This document shows, one piece after another, positions 1 to 10,005 of a stretch of 64,000 nt of DNA (position 1 is its first letter; every line of letters begins with the position of its first letter). The position numbers and the translations under genes were made by a program. A model generated the notes under the pieces. The model did not search any database. It had not been told where the DNA came from and was given only the letters and a program-made list of their open reading frames with translations. Source of the stretch: an uncultured Chloroflexia bacterium (GTDB lineage: Bacteria > Chloroflexota > Chloroflexia > Thermomicrobiales > UBA6265); NCBI GenBank assembly GCA_963724295.1, contig CAVRUC010000001.1, positions 165,572-229,571 on the forward strand. The letters run 5' to 3'.

Positions 1-579
1 CCGGACAATCGCGGGCATCATGCAGAGTGCGGCCACCGCGCCGGCGACATTGGTTACCAGGCCCCACTGCACCAGTTCGGTGTATCCGCCGTGGTACCAG
101 CCGCCGGGGAGTGCGATGTGCAGCACGAAGGCGATGAGAGCGACCGCCGGGGACCAGCCGTCTTCGCGGGTCATGGCGGCAAATGCCGCGCCCGGCGCCA
201 GAAAGAGCCCGATGATAGCCAGCGTGTGGGCACTCTCGGCAGGCAACTGCCCTAAAGACAAGCCGCGCACGACGACCTCGAGCCAGGCCTCGCCTAGGGG
301 GTAAAACTCGACGGGGTACCCTCCCTGGTGCTGACCGATCCAGCGCGGCACGCTGCCGGACGCCAGCTCTCGCCAGAGGACCTCCGCTCGCGCCACGTGA
401 AAGGGGTGATCGACGCTGGCGAAGGTATTCGGAAGGCGAGCGGTGCCTCCCGGGGTGACGACGTCTGCCGACAACGCCAGAGCACCCATGCGGACGGCGA
501 CGTAGAGGGCCACGAGCCCGAACGCCAACCCCCACATCCAGCGCGTCGTCGATGCGTCAGGCCGTCGACCGCCGATCAC
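1..579 (-). CDS. GT-C fold membrane glycosyltransferase-like protein (partial, runs off the window)
   Basis: GTG at 579 overlaps the upstream TGA (GTGA). My translation gives ...ASVDHPFHVAR...RWIGQHQGGYPVEFYPLG... followed by TM helices. The D-H-x-x-H and W...GYP..FYP loop is typical of GT-C/YfhO-like proteins. Not in the ORF track because it has no stop inside the window. Confidence 0.65.
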   Translation of the reverse strand, partial: MIGGRRPDASTTRWMWGLAFGLVALYVAVRMGALALSADVVTPGGTARLPNTFASVDHPFHVARAEVLWRELASGSVPRWIGQHQGGYPVEFYPLGEAWLEVVVRGLSLGQLPAESAHTLAIIGLFLAPGAAFAAMTREDGWSPAVALIAFVLHIALPGGWYHGGYTELVQWGLVTNVAGAVAALCMMPAIVR

Positions 580-971
580 ATCTCCGCCGATGAGTCAGTC
601 CCAGGCTCCGACGGAACATCGCGGAGACCAAGCGCCAGCCATAAGGCGACGGCGGCGATGACCAGGGTCGCGACGGCGGCGGCGGCCACGAGGAAGATCA
701 GCGGCCCGGGTGCCCCCAGATCGGTCAAGAATTCGAGGAATCGCGACCAGATCACCCGCACAGGCATCCGCCGGCCGATCCAGTTGCCTGCTCCGATCCG
801 CAACGTGCCGAAGGCGAGGAAGCCGACCATCGCCAGGACCGATCCGGCCCATAGAACCATGAGCAAGCGGGGAAGCGCCGGGAACGACCGGGCGGCCGGC
901 TCGGCCGGCGCCTCGGCAGGCAGGGTACGCGTCTCCTCACGCTGGGCGCGAGCGACCGTGATGTCAGCCAC
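576..971 (-). CDS. small two-TM membrane protein
   Basis: 131 aa with two hydrophobic segments; overlaps both neighbouring genes in the operon. Confidence 0.7.
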   Translation of the reverse strand: MADITVARAQREETRTLPAEAPAEPAARSFPALPRLLMVLWAGSVLAMVGFLAFGTLRIGAGNWIGRRMPVRVIWSRFLEFLTDLGAPGPLIFLVAAAAVATLVIAAVALWLALGLRDVPSEPGTDSSAEM

Positions 972-2520
972 CCCAGGTCCAATTCACGGCAGGCTCGTCG
1001 ACCGTCACGGTGAACGGCATCACGTAACCGGTCATGATGACGATATTGAGCAGCACCAGCCCAGCGAACACAACCCCCTGCGCCGCAGGTCGCGCCTGCC
1101 CCGGCAGCAGAGTTCGCAGCCCAAGCATCAGCAACAGCGCTCCGGCAGTGACGGCTGGAAAGTAGTACCTGGCCTGGGACAACGCGAAAGAGGTCCCGAA
1201 CTGAACCACAGCCAGGTAGGCAACGACACAGGTCAAGGCGAGCACGATCAACCCGTTTCTCTGCCAGGGCTGCGGCCGCATGACCGGGTCATTGTGCGAG
1301 CTGGGCGAGCGTCGCCAAACGTTGAACGCATACACGGCGAGTCCCACTATACCCAGGATTGTGGGGATCGCTATCGCCCACAGCAGCCAGGGGCGGAGGT
1401 GGATCTGCCGCCACCCAAATTCGCCCCACGTTTCCTTGAACCGATTGAGGATGAAGTCCGGGTCGGACAGGAGCTCGAAAAAGGATCCCATCGGACCGTT
1501 CCAGTACTGGAGCTCCTGGAGCCGAGCCAGCCCGCTGAAATCCCCGTACGTCCGGTAGAGGAAGAGGTACCACGGCGCCGAGAGAAGGATGGCCGGGATG
1601 CCGACCACGGCACCCCGTGTCAGGAGTCCGCGCCAATCGCGCCAGCCGACGCCGAGAACGAGCGCGGCCGCGATGATCGGCGCCACCGTGATCGCCGTAG
1701 CCTTGGACAGCAGATCTAGGCCAAATGCGACCCCCAGCGCGGCACAAAGGCGCAAAGGAAATCGCTCCTTCATGCCAGCGATGAGACCCCAGACAATCAG
1801 TGAGGTCAGGGCGATCGCGACGATATCGTTGTTGACCATCGCCGCCTCGTAAGAGATCTGCGGCTGGAACGCGACCAGCGCCGGCACGGTCACCACCAGA
1901 AACGCATCTCCCGGGAAGAGCGACCGCGTCGCGCGGTAGGCGGCGTAGACCGTCAGCAAGCCGAACGGGATGGCGGCCAGTCGCAGCAGATATTGCTGCG
2001 CAACCGGGGACGCGGCGGTCGAGGCGGCATACAGAGGGACCATCGTCGCGTAGTAGAGGGGCGGGTGGTTTGCCGCGTACTGGTAGCCCGACGGGAAGTA
2101 GCCCATGCCGGGCACCGTGACGATACGGGGCGGGTTGGCGCCCCAGCGCGGGCTGTCCGGGTCACAATACCAATCCAGGGTGAAGCGACAAAATGGATAG
2201 AGCTCCGCCGGGATCTCATCGGTCGGGGGCGGATCTCCGCCGTTCAGACCCGCACGCCACGTTGTCAGTTCAGGCAGCTGCGGCAGCCGGCCCTCGCTGG
2301 CCAACGTCCGTACGTAGCTGAAATGCGCGAGCTCGTCGTGCCCGCTGAACGGGTAGTAGGCGGCAACGGAGAAGAGCTGTTTGACCGCGTAGAGAATCAA
2401 GAGCACGACGATGAAGCGAGTGGCCTCAGGCCATCGCCCCGCGCTCCGGAGGCGAGTCAACCGCCATCGCCGCGAGCCCGCCGCCGGAGAAAGTGGCGAG
2501 GAGTCCTCCAGGTCACCCAT
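964..2520 (-). CDS. GT-C glycosyltransferase (ArnT/PMT-like, DUF2142-like)
   Basis: N-terminal TM followed by GHDELAHF; NHPPLYY, NND, LSKAT and QARY motifs; about 11 TM segments. Confidence 0.8.
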   Translation of the reverse strand: MGDLEDSSPLSPAAGSRRWRLTRLRSAGRWPEATRFIVVLLILYAVKQLFSVAAYYPFSGHDELAHFSYVRTLASEGRLPQLPELTTWRAGLNGGDPPPTDEIPAELYPFCRFTLDWYCDPDSPRWGANPPRIVTVPGMGYFPSGYQYAANHPPLYYATMVPLYAASTAASPVAQQYLLRLAAIPFGLLTVYAAYRATRSLFPGDAFLVVTVPALVAFQPQISYEAAMVNNDIVAIALTSLIVWGLIAGMKERFPLRLCAALGVAFGLDLLSKATAITVAPIIAAALVLGVGWRDWRGLLTRGAVVGIPAILLSAPWYLFLYRTYGDFSGLARLQELQYWNGPMGSFFELLSDPDFILNRFKETWGEFGWRQIHLRPWLLWAIAIPTILGIVGLAVYAFNVWRRSPSSHNDPVMRPQPWQRNGLIVLALTCVVAYLAVVQFGTSFALSQARYYFPAVTAGALLLMLGLRTLLPGQARPAAQGVVFAGLVLLNIVIMTGYVMPFTVTVDEPAVNWTWGG

Positions 2521-2549
2521 TGGGCCCGTCCGTCTTCAGGCAGTGCGGG

Positions 2550-4073
2550 TCAGGATCTTCCCGCGGAGACCGGTTCCGCGACTCGCTTGATCTCGTGGTA
2601 CTCGTCGTCGGCATTGACCTGGTCGAGATCGTGACTCTCGCCAAGGATATTCTTCGCGGCCAGCAGACCCGTCTCGATGGAGTGATCCGTATTGTTGTAT
2701 CGGAACGTGCCGTAGCGGCCGATAATCTGAAGGTTGTCGAGCTCGCCGATAAATGATCGAATCCTGGCCAGCGGCTCCTCATAGCCGATGACGTAGGCCG
2801 GGTACGCGCGCGGCGCCCGCACGATGAAGCCCCCAATCACCTCGTCGGGGGTTATGAACTTCAAGTCCTCGACCAGGTGCCGAACGGTCTGGGCGACGAG
2901 CTGCTCTTCGCTCATGGACCAGATGTGATCGCCAAAGGAGCAGAAGTATTCGACCACCAGCGAGGTCAGGTCGTCGCTGGGCACCATGGCCGGGCTCCAA
3001 TTCTTCGGCTCGTGGAACCGGCCGAAGAGGATGTCTTTGTCATGGACATAGAGCCAGGTGTCCGGCGTGACCTGGCGCTTCTTCAACATGATGTTGACCG
3101 TGATGATGTTCCGGAACGTGAGCGCGTCGGCGGCCGCCAGGATGTCGGCCGAGGGAGCCGGGTCCATGATCTTTGCCAGAAGCGTCAGTGGAATGGACGA
3201 GATGTAGTTGTCCGCTTCAACGCGCTCGCTGCCATTCTCTGTCGAGACCGTAATGCCGACGACGTGGTTCCCTTCGCGATGGACCTTCTCGACCCCGGTG
3301 TTGAGCCGGATCTCGTTGCCGGCCGCGCCGATGGCGTCAGCCATCCTCTCCGAGAATCGTCCGAACCCGCCGCGCGGGTACATGAACTCGTCGATCAGGC
3401 TGACCACCTTCCCCTTCGACGGGACTACCGCGTCCTTGACGGCGGTGACCAGCGACATGCCTTTCGACCGCTGTGAGACCCAGTCGCCGCTCATCTGGTC
3501 GCAGGGGAGACCCCATACCTTTTCCGAGTATCGCTGGAAAAAGAGCCGGTAGAGCGTCGGACCGAATTGATCGATGTAGGCATCCTCCATCGATTCGACC
3601 GGCGATGGGCTGATGCGCTGCTGCACTCTGGTCCGGCCGTAGTCGGCCATCGCCCTGGCGGCCACAACCGGGCCAATCGCCTTCAAGGCATTGGAGATCT
3701 TGAGTGGGTAATCGACGTACTTGCCGTCAAAGTAGATGCGACTGACACGGTTCACCCAGAGCAGCTCGTCGGCGACGACCTCGCGGAAGAGCGCGTTGAG
3801 CTCGTCGTTCTTGGTGAACCAACGGTGCCCACCGATGTCGAATCGGAACTCGCCGTACTCGGTCTCGTGGCGAATCGTGCGCGCCAATCCGCCGACAAAT
3901 GGGGCTCTCTCGAGCACCGTTGTCGGGACACCGGCCTTGGAAAGCACGTAGGCCGAGCAGAGACCTCCTGGTCCCGCACCCATGACCACCGTCGATCCCG
4001 CCTGCTGGGGCGTCGCTCCATTCGACGAAGCGCTATTGGATCCAAATGGGCGGCCGTTGTGTGGTGCATCCAT
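2550..4073 (-). CDS. FAD-dependent oxidoreductase (HemY/UDP-galactopyranose-mutase-like)
   Basis: GAGPGG dinucleotide fold; FDIGGHRWF, YSEKVWG, FMYPRGGFG and GRYGTFRYNNTDH motifs. Confidence 0.85.
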   Translation of the reverse strand: MDAPHNGRPFGSNSASSNGATPQQAGSTVVMGAGPGGLCSAYVLSKAGVPTTVLERAPFVGGLARTIRHETEYGEFRFDIGGHRWFTKNDELNALFREVVADELLWVNRVSRIYFDGKYVDYPLKISNALKAIGPVVAARAMADYGRTRVQQRISPSPVESMEDAYIDQFGPTLYRLFFQRYSEKVWGLPCDQMSGDWVSQRSKGMSLVTAVKDAVVPSKGKVVSLIDEFMYPRGGFGRFSERMADAIGAAGNEIRLNTGVEKVHREGNHVVGITVSTENGSERVEADNYISSIPLTLLAKIMDPAPSADILAAADALTFRNIITVNIMLKKRQVTPDTWLYVHDKDILFGRFHEPKNWSPAMVPSDDLTSLVVEYFCSFGDHIWSMSEEQLVAQTVRHLVEDLKFITPDEVIGGFIVRAPRAYPAYVIGYEEPLARIRSFIGELDNLQIIGRYGTFRYNNTDHSIETGLLAAKNILGESHDLDQVNADDEYHEIKRVAEPVSAGRS

Positions 4074-4253
4074 AGTTTCGAAAGACCCTCTGATTCATCC
4101 CAGCGAGGCGGCCGAACAGTACCGGCGCGCCGCGAGAGTCGATGCGTCGGCCGTCGTCAGCGGCCCTGCTCCCAACTCTGGACGTACGCCCGATCGTCGT
4201 ACCTGATAGGGACAATCGCGCGGTTCGGGCGAGCATTCATGGCCACGTTTCGA

Positions 4254-4676
4254 TCACCGGCGCCAGGTGAGCGCGTTATTCAGACTGAAATTCCAGACCG
4301 CGGCAATGCCGGCGCCGATGAGGTTGGCAATCAGGTAATCGAGTCCGATGCGATGCAGGGACACCAGCGTCAGCCAGTTGATGAGCAGCCCTCCGGAATT
4401 GATCGACCCGTAGAGCAGGGCCCGGTGCATAACGCGGCCTCGCCCCCGGTCGTGCCAGGTCCAGCGCTCATTCAAGGCGAACGTTGCGATCATCGACAGG
4501 AATATGGCGATCGGTGAGGCCATGGCCACCGCCAGACCGACCTGATCGACCAACGCGAATAGAGCGCCCTGGTTGACACCCAGACCGATGGCCCCGACGA
4601 GTAGAAACTTCTGGAATCGGCGAGTGATCGTTGCCGATCGGACGACAGAGCGGGGCAAGCCTTCCGAAGAGAGCAT
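4254..4676 (-). CDS. GtrA family lipid-linked sugar flippase
   Basis: 140 aa with 4 TM; KFLLVGAIG..VN, FALNERWTW and WNFSLN..LTW motifs. Confidence 0.88.
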   Translation of the reverse strand: MLSSEGLPRSVVRSATITRRFQKFLLVGAIGLGVNQGALFALVDQVGLAVAMASPIAIFLSMIATFALNERWTWHDRGRGRVMHRALLYGSINSGGLLINWLTLVSLHRIGLDYLIANLIGAGIAAVWNFSLNNALTWRR

Positions 4677-4799
4677 CAGCGGGGGTCCCTCCGCGGGCGG
4701 GTTTCAGCCACTTCTGCACGTTGATCGCGTCCAGGGAATCCGGACCCGGCAACAGTACCACGATCTCGCCGGCAACCCGATGCGGGCCAGCGCCACTGC

Positions 4800-6104
4800 T
4801 TATGGCGAGACTGCGGCGTCCTCCACTGCTTCGAAGGCTGCCCGCAACTGTGCATCCGCCGAACCCTCCAGCTCGCTCTCGGTCAGCTCAGGATCGTCCT
4901 CCGGCCGCGAAGGAAACGCGTCCCTCGCGAGCGTGACGAACTGATCGGGCTCGACCCCTTCTTTCCAGACGTGATCGCCTTCTGGCGTCAACCAGAATGC
5001 CGTAGCCAGCACGACGCTCGAACCATCGTCCTGAGGAAACGTCGTCAACACCGTACCTGTGCCGAACGTCGTTTCCCCGACAAGCCGAGCTCGTCCATTG
5101 TCGCGAAGTGCGGCAGCAAGAACTTCCGCACCTGAAGCCGAGTCATCGTCGATTAGCACAACGAGTGCCAGGTCCTGCCAGGCGCCGGTCCGGCCGACGG
5201 TCTTGATCAGCCGAGCCTCTTGATCCCGCTCCTTCTCCTGGAAAATCGTGGATCCCTCATCGAGAAATTCCGACGCAACGCCGATCACCTCCGGCACGAG
5301 CCCGCCGGGATTGCCGCGCAGGTCGAGAATCAGCCGCTGCGCGCCCTCCTCGCGAATGGTCTGCAGAGCGCTCCGCACCTTCTGATTGACGCTAGGCTCG
5401 AAACCGGTGACACGGAGCTGGACCGTCTTATCTGGCAGCCAGCGCCAGGTGACCGGGTGAAGCTCGATCGTTTGCCGGGTGACCTCGACGCGCAGCGGAT
5501 CGGGTTGATTGGGCCGCTCGATCGTGAGGGTCAGGTGGTCACCTTCTTTGCCGAGAATCAGATCGCGCAGGCTGCGCATATCCAAGCGGCGGGTCGAAAC
5601 GTCGTCAACCTCGGCAATGACATCCCCCGGCTGGAGACCCGCGGCCTCTGCCGGCGATCCTTTCATCGTCGAAGCCACGACGGGAACGCCGCAACGGGAA
5701 TCGACCTCGACGCCGATTCCGACATATTCGGCCTTCTGGGCCTCCTCCATCTCCGCTGTCGAGACCGGATCGAGGAACCCGCTGTGCCCTTCATCGCCGA
5801 TTGCATCGACCATACCCTGCGCGGCGCCGTAGATGAGGTCCGCATCGTCGATCTGTTCGGGTTCCGGCCACTGCTCGTGAATAAGCTCCCAGGTCTCCTC
5901 CAGTGTCGCGAACTCCGGTCGCCCGGTCAGCGACGACTCGGCCACCGCGTCGCGTGATCCGCCCAGGTCGCTTCCGCCGGCGACCACGCCCAGCGCAAAT
6001 GCACCGGCCACGATTACCGTCGCCGCGCCGGCTCTTCCCTTGCGTCCGAGAGACGTGACGACCGACGTGCGGTCACGGTCCTCGTCTACCGTCCGTGATG
6101 TCAT
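4800..6104 (-). CDS. ctpA: S41 carboxyl-terminal processing protease (PDZ)
   Basis: GIGV and SPAEAAGLQPGD (PDZ); ILDLRGNPGG, SASGAE and GETTFGTG motifs; N-terminal TM. Confidence 0.9.
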   Translation of the reverse strand: MTSRTVDEDRDRTSVVTSLGRKGRAGAATVIVAGAFALGVVAGGSDLGGSRDAVAESSLTGRPEFATLEETWELIHEQWPEPEQIDDADLIYGAAQGMVDAIGDEGHSGFLDPVSTAEMEEAQKAEYVGIGVEVDSRCGVPVVASTMKGSPAEAAGLQPGDVIAEVDDVSTRRLDMRSLRDLILGKEGDHLTLTIERPNQPDPLRVEVTRQTIELHPVTWRWLPDKTVQLRVTGFEPSVNQKVRSALQTIREEGAQRLILDLRGNPGGLVPEVIGVASEFLDEGSTIFQEKERDQEARLIKTVGRTGAWQDLALVVLIDDDSASGAEVLAAALRDNGRARLVGETTFGTGTVLTTFPQDDGSSVVLATAFWLTPEGDHVWKEGVEPDQFVTLARDAFPSRPEDDPELTESELEGSADAQLRAAFEAVEDAAVSP

Positions 6105-6246
6105 GGTGGATCGTTCCTTTGCTACGCTGATACCGCCTAAATCACTAATGCCTGTGATACGTATGCGATGATCGCCGGGTTCCGCACGGGCTCAATACCG
6201 ACGGCGCATCGGTCGACTGCGGAGACAGTCCTCCGCTGTGGGCCTA

Positions 6247-6255
6247 TGGTATACT
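6247..6255 (+). promoter_or_regulatory. extended -10 promoter of the rplU operon
   Basis: TG-G-TATACT about 95 nt upstream of the rplU ATG. Confidence 0.5.
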
Positions 6256-6349
6256 CACCTGTCGCGGGTGCGTTGGCGCACCCACTTTTTGCGTTGCACG
6301 GAACCCGGGTACCCATCCCGCCGGTGTGGAAGAGCGAGCGAAGATCGTC

Positions 6350-6745
6350 ATGACCGAATCAGGATCGAGCACCGAGCCAGAGCAGCCGCTTATGCCGACC
6401 CAGCCACGCTCCGACGCGGGTTCGGGCAGCAGACCGTATGCCATTATCGAGACCGGCGGCAAGCAGTATCGTGTCGCGGTCGGTGACCGTCTTTCAATCG
6501 AAAAGCTGCCAGTCGAGGCGGGCGCGGGCATCACATTCGATCGGGTGCTCATGGTCGGCGGCGACGGATCGCCCAGAGTCGGCACACCACTCGTGGCCGG
6601 GGCCACCGTCCAGGCAGAAGTCGAGCAGCAATTTCGCGGTCCGAAAATCGTCGTTTTCAAGTACAAGCCGAAGAAGCGATACCGGCGTCGCACGGGCCAC
6701 CGCCAGGCGATGACGCGGGTGGCGATCACGGCGATCAACGCCTAG
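6350..6745 (+). CDS. rplU: 50S ribosomal protein L21
   Basis: YAIIETGGKQYRV, VGTPLV and KIVVFKYKPKKRYRRRTGHRQ; start uncertain (N-terminal extension). Confidence 0.97.
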   Translation: MTESGSSTEPEQPLMPTQPRSDAGSGSRPYAIIETGGKQYRVAVGDRLSIEKLPVEAGAGITFDRVLMVGGDGSPRVGTPLVAGATVQAEVEQQFRGPKIVVFKYKPKKRYRRRTGHRQAMTRVAITAINA

Positions 6746-6772
6746 ATCAGCAGAATCAAGGGAGAGACAGTC

Positions 6773-7111
6773 ATGGCTCACAAGAAAGGCGTTGGCAGCT
6801 CGCGGAACGGTCGTGATAGCGAGTCGAAACGGCTCGGTGTCAAACGAGCCGATGGCCAGTTCGTTCGCTCCGGAACGATCGTGGTTCGCCAGCGCGGAAC
6901 GCAGTTCTGGGTCGGGCAGAACGTTGGCATCGGCAAGGACCACACGATCTACGCCAAGATCGATGGCGTGGTGCGCTTCGAGCCGGTAACCCGTGCCAAG
7001 CGGCGTATCAGCGTCTACCCACCAGATGTCTACCCGGTCGGCGGTGGCAAGGAACTCATCAAGCCGGCCTATGAATCGATTGTTTACGCGGAATCAGGAG
7101 CGGCCGACTAA
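6773..7111 (+). CDS. rpmA: 50S ribosomal protein L27
   Basis: [26 protein letters not shown] and [15 protein letters not shown]. Confidence 0.98.
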   Translation: MAHKKGVGSSRNGRDSESKRLGVKRADGQFVRSGTIVVRQRGTQFWVGQNVGIGKDHTIYAKIDGVVRFEPVTRAKRRISVYPPDVYPVGGGKELIKPAYESIVYAESGAAD

Positions 7112-7171
7112 CTCCGGGCGTTACCTGTTCCGTCTGATTTGCCTCTTGCGTGGTATGGAGCTCTCTTCCCA

Positions 7172-7528
7172 ATGAAGCCTGGAATTCACCCCGAATATGT
7201 CGAAGCCACGGTCACCTGTGCCTGTGGCAATACCTTTGTCACGCGATCGACGAAGCCGTCCCTGCGCACCGATCTCTGTAACGTCTGTCATCCGTTCTAC
7301 ACGGGCGAGCAGCGAATCGTGGACACCGCCGGGCAGGTCGAGCGCTTCATGCGTCGAGTCGAGGCCGCGGCGGGATCGAGTCGTCCGTCCAAGCGCCAGT
7401 CGCGCCTGTCGGCTCGAGCCGAGCGCGATGCCGCCGCGCGACGGGGTACCGAGACCGAAGATGCCGCTCCTGAAGCGGCGGAAGATGTCGTCGGAGCAGC
7501 CTCAGGCGCCAGCGGCGACACTGCCTGA
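7172..7528 (+). CDS. rpmE: 50S ribosomal protein L31 (Zn-binding type)
   Basis: [23 protein letters not shown] and [10 protein letters not shown]. Confidence 0.97.
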   Translation: MKPGIHPEYVEATVTCACGNTFVTRSTKPSLRTDLCNVCHPFYTGEQRIVDTAGQVERFMRRVEAAAGSSRPSKRQSRLSARAERDAAARRGTETEDAAPEAAEDVVGAASGASGDTA

Positions 7529-7557
7529 TCGTCGGGCGCCACAATCGTGTCCTCGGT

Positions 7558-7589
7558 GGAGACCCGCTTCCAGCGGGTCTCCGTTATTT
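7558..7589 (+). terminator. intrinsic terminator after rpmE
   Basis: Perfect 10-bp stem GGAGACCCGC/GCGGGTCTCC followed by GTTATTT. Confidence 0.65.
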
Positions 7590-7689
7590 CCGGATCGGTC
7601 TGCCCGCGCGCGTATGATGGGGTCCGGCCTGGAATTTGCTAAAACACCTGAACAGAGCAGATTGCCGAATCCGCGCGGGGAGAAGCCGC

Positions 7690-8253
7690 ATGCGCGAGGG
7701 GACATCCACCGCGATCTGGCAAAGAACAGGAGAGAGCTTGGCAGTTCAGGGCAACGACGTCGGCTCGATCCTCGCGTTCATCGAGATCCCTCGCGGTAGC
7801 CGCAACAAGTACGAGTACGACGAAGGGACTGGACGGTTTCTGCTCGACCGGGTCCTCTATTCGTCGGTCCACTATCCGACAGACTACGGATTCATCACCG
7901 AGACGCTGGCAGAAGACGGCGATTCCCTCGACGTGCTCGTCCTGGTGCAGGAACCGACGTTCCCTGGTTGCCTGATCCCTGCTCGACCGCTTGGCGGCCT
8001 CGATATGCACGACGAGAAGGGCTCAGACTTCAAGGTCCTCGCCGTGCCAGTCGGCGATCCGCGCTATGCCCATGTGCGGACGCTGGCCGATATCGGGAAC
8101 CATTGGTTGCGCGAGATCGAGACCTTCTTCGCCACGTACAAGCAGCTGGAACCGAAGCAGACCGAGGTTCTGGGCTGGCACGACCTCGAGGAGACGCTGC
8201 GGACGGTTGCCACCTGCCGCGAGCGGTATCGCGTGGCCCGCGGCGGCCAATAG
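7690..8253 (+). CDS. ppa: inorganic pyrophosphatase (family I)
   Basis: EIPRGSRNKYEYD, LDRVL, YPTDYGFI, DGDSLDVLV and DEKGSDFK; start uncertain. Confidence 0.95.
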   Translation: MREGTSTAIWQRTGESLAVQGNDVGSILAFIEIPRGSRNKYEYDEGTGRFLLDRVLYSSVHYPTDYGFITETLAEDGDSLDVLVLVQEPTFPGCLIPARPLGGLDMHDEKGSDFKVLAVPVGDPRYAHVRTLADIGNHWLREIETFFATYKQLEPKQTEVLGWHDLEETLRTVATCRERYRVARGGQ

Positions 8254-8355
8254 TTAACTTGCCACGCTTGGACGTGATTTCCGGGGTGGGTGTTTCACGC
8301 GTCCCAGCGCACCGTCAACAGGACCTCACGGTCGCGTCGGAACTTGGATGAATCA

Positions 8356-9939
8356 ATGGAGCGAATCCGCAACCGTCAGAGCGGCGTAATCTGTCACCCA
8401 ACATCGTTTCCGGGACCGCACGGGATCGGAGACTTCGGCGAAGCCGCGTTTCGCTACGTCGATTGGCTCGCTCGCGGGCGGCAAACGCTCTGGCAGCTAT
8501 TGCCGCTTGGCCCGACCGGCCTGGGAAACTCTCCCTATGCGTCGCCGTCCGCCTTCGCCGGCAATGAGCTCCTCATCTCCCTCCCCTGGTTGGCCGGAGA
8601 TGGTCTACTCGACCCCGCTGCCTTTGACGACGCCCCACCGTTTTCCACGTCTTGTGTCGAATATGACGACGTACGCGCATTCAAGCGGCCACTGCTGCGC
8701 AAGGCATTCGATCGCTTTCGCCGCGGCGCCGCGTCGGAATATCGCCCCGCCCTCGACGTGTTCCGGGACCAGCAGGCAGGATGGCTGGAGGACTACGCCA
8801 CCTTCATGGCCCTGAAGAGCGCCCATAGCGAAGGCGCCTGGAGCGACTGGCCGGCTGAAGTCGCCCTCAGGGAGACCGCTGCGCTCGCTGCCGCGAAGGA
8901 GCGTTTCAGAGACGAGATTCGGTTTCACGAGTTCACACAATTCCTGTTTCACCGGCAGTGGACCGAGGTGCGTCGCTACGCGAACCAGCGGGGCATCGCC
9001 GTGCTCGGCGACCTGCCGATCTTCGTCGCCTATGACAGTGCCGATGTCTGGGCGCATCGAGACCTGTTCCGGCTCGATCCACACGGCCGTCCGACGGTCG
9101 TGGCCGGCGTTCCTCCCGATGCCTTTACCGCGGAGGGGCAGTTCTGGGGAAATCCGATCTATGACTGGAACCGCAGCGCTGAAACCGGCTATGCCTGGTG
9201 GATCGAGCGGGTCCGGTCCTCGCTCCAGCAGGTCGACGTGCTCCGCATCGACCACTTCCGCGCCTTCGCCGCATCCTGGGTCGTGCCGGCCGATGCTCGC
9301 ACCGCCGCGGCTGGCCACTGGGAGAAGGGACCAGGACGGGCCATCTTCGACGCCATGGAGCAAGCGCTGGGAGAGCTCTCTTTCATCGTCGAGGATCTCG
9401 GACTCATCACCCCGGATGTCGTCGCGCTGCGCGAAGAGCTCGGGTTCCCCGGCATGAAAGTGTTGCAATTCGCGTTCGACAGCGGCCCCGCCAATGCCTA
9501 TCTTCCACACAATTACGTGCCGGATTCAGTGGTCTACACAGGGACCCATGACAACCAGACGACGATCGGTTGGTTCCGCACATTGCCAGATCCGGTGCGC
9601 GCCAGTGCGCAGCGATACCTGGGACGCGATGGCAGCGATATCGCGTGGGATCTGATTCGCACCGCGCTGGCTTCGATCGCCGACCGTGCTATTGCCCCAT
9701 TGCAGGATGTGATGCGTCTCGATGATGACGCCCGCATGAATGCCCCGGGCAGCCCGTCCGGCAATTGGGCCTGGCGCTACGCTCCGCACCAGCTGCACGA
9801 AGGGCTGGCGGACGGGCTGCGCGAACTGACCGACACCTACGGTCGATCGGCCGCGATCGAGCTGCCGCGGGGACACGATCCGTATGACTACACGGCGCCG
9901 GATGCGACCCACCTGCTGCATATGCACGCGAGTCCGTGA
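8356..9939 (+). CDS. malQ: 4-alpha-glucanotransferase (GH77)
   Basis: SGVICHPTSFP, WQLLPLGPT, GVPPDAF..GQFWGNP, RIDHFR, EDLG and YTGTHDN. Confidence 0.96.
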   Translation: MERIRNRQSGVICHPTSFPGPHGIGDFGEAAFRYVDWLARGRQTLWQLLPLGPTGLGNSPYASPSAFAGNELLISLPWLAGDGLLDPAAFDDAPPFSTSCVEYDDVRAFKRPLLRKAFDRFRRGAASEYRPALDVFRDQQAGWLEDYATFMALKSAHSEGAWSDWPAEVALRETAALAAAKERFRDEIRFHEFTQFLFHRQWTEVRRYANQRGIAVLGDLPIFVAYDSADVWAHRDLFRLDPHGRPTVVAGVPPDAFTAEGQFWGNPIYDWNRSAETGYAWWIERVRSSLQQVDVLRIDHFRAFAASWVVPADARTAAAGHWEKGPGRAIFDAMEQALGELSFIVEDLGLITPDVVALREELGFPGMKVLQFAFDSGPANAYLPHNYVPDSVVYTGTHDNQTTIGWFRTLPDPVRASAQRYLGRDGSDIAWDLIRTALASIADRAIAPLQDVMRLDDDARMNAPGSPSGNWAWRYAPHQLHEGLADGLRELTDTYGRSAAIELPRGHDPYDYTAPDATHLLHMHASP

Positions 9940-10005
9940 GACCGCACCAACCGTTTGATATGACGTTGAGCCCGAACATCGGGGCGGGTAGAAGGGAGGA
10001 ATGAC

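Noticed and set aside
328..1719. Long + strand ORF (463 aa) and similar long ORFs (11685-13244, 25795-27333, 49302-51902, 20994-22301)
   Set aside because: Antisense shadows of well-supported genes in high-GC DNA; Arg/Pro-rich with no motifs.
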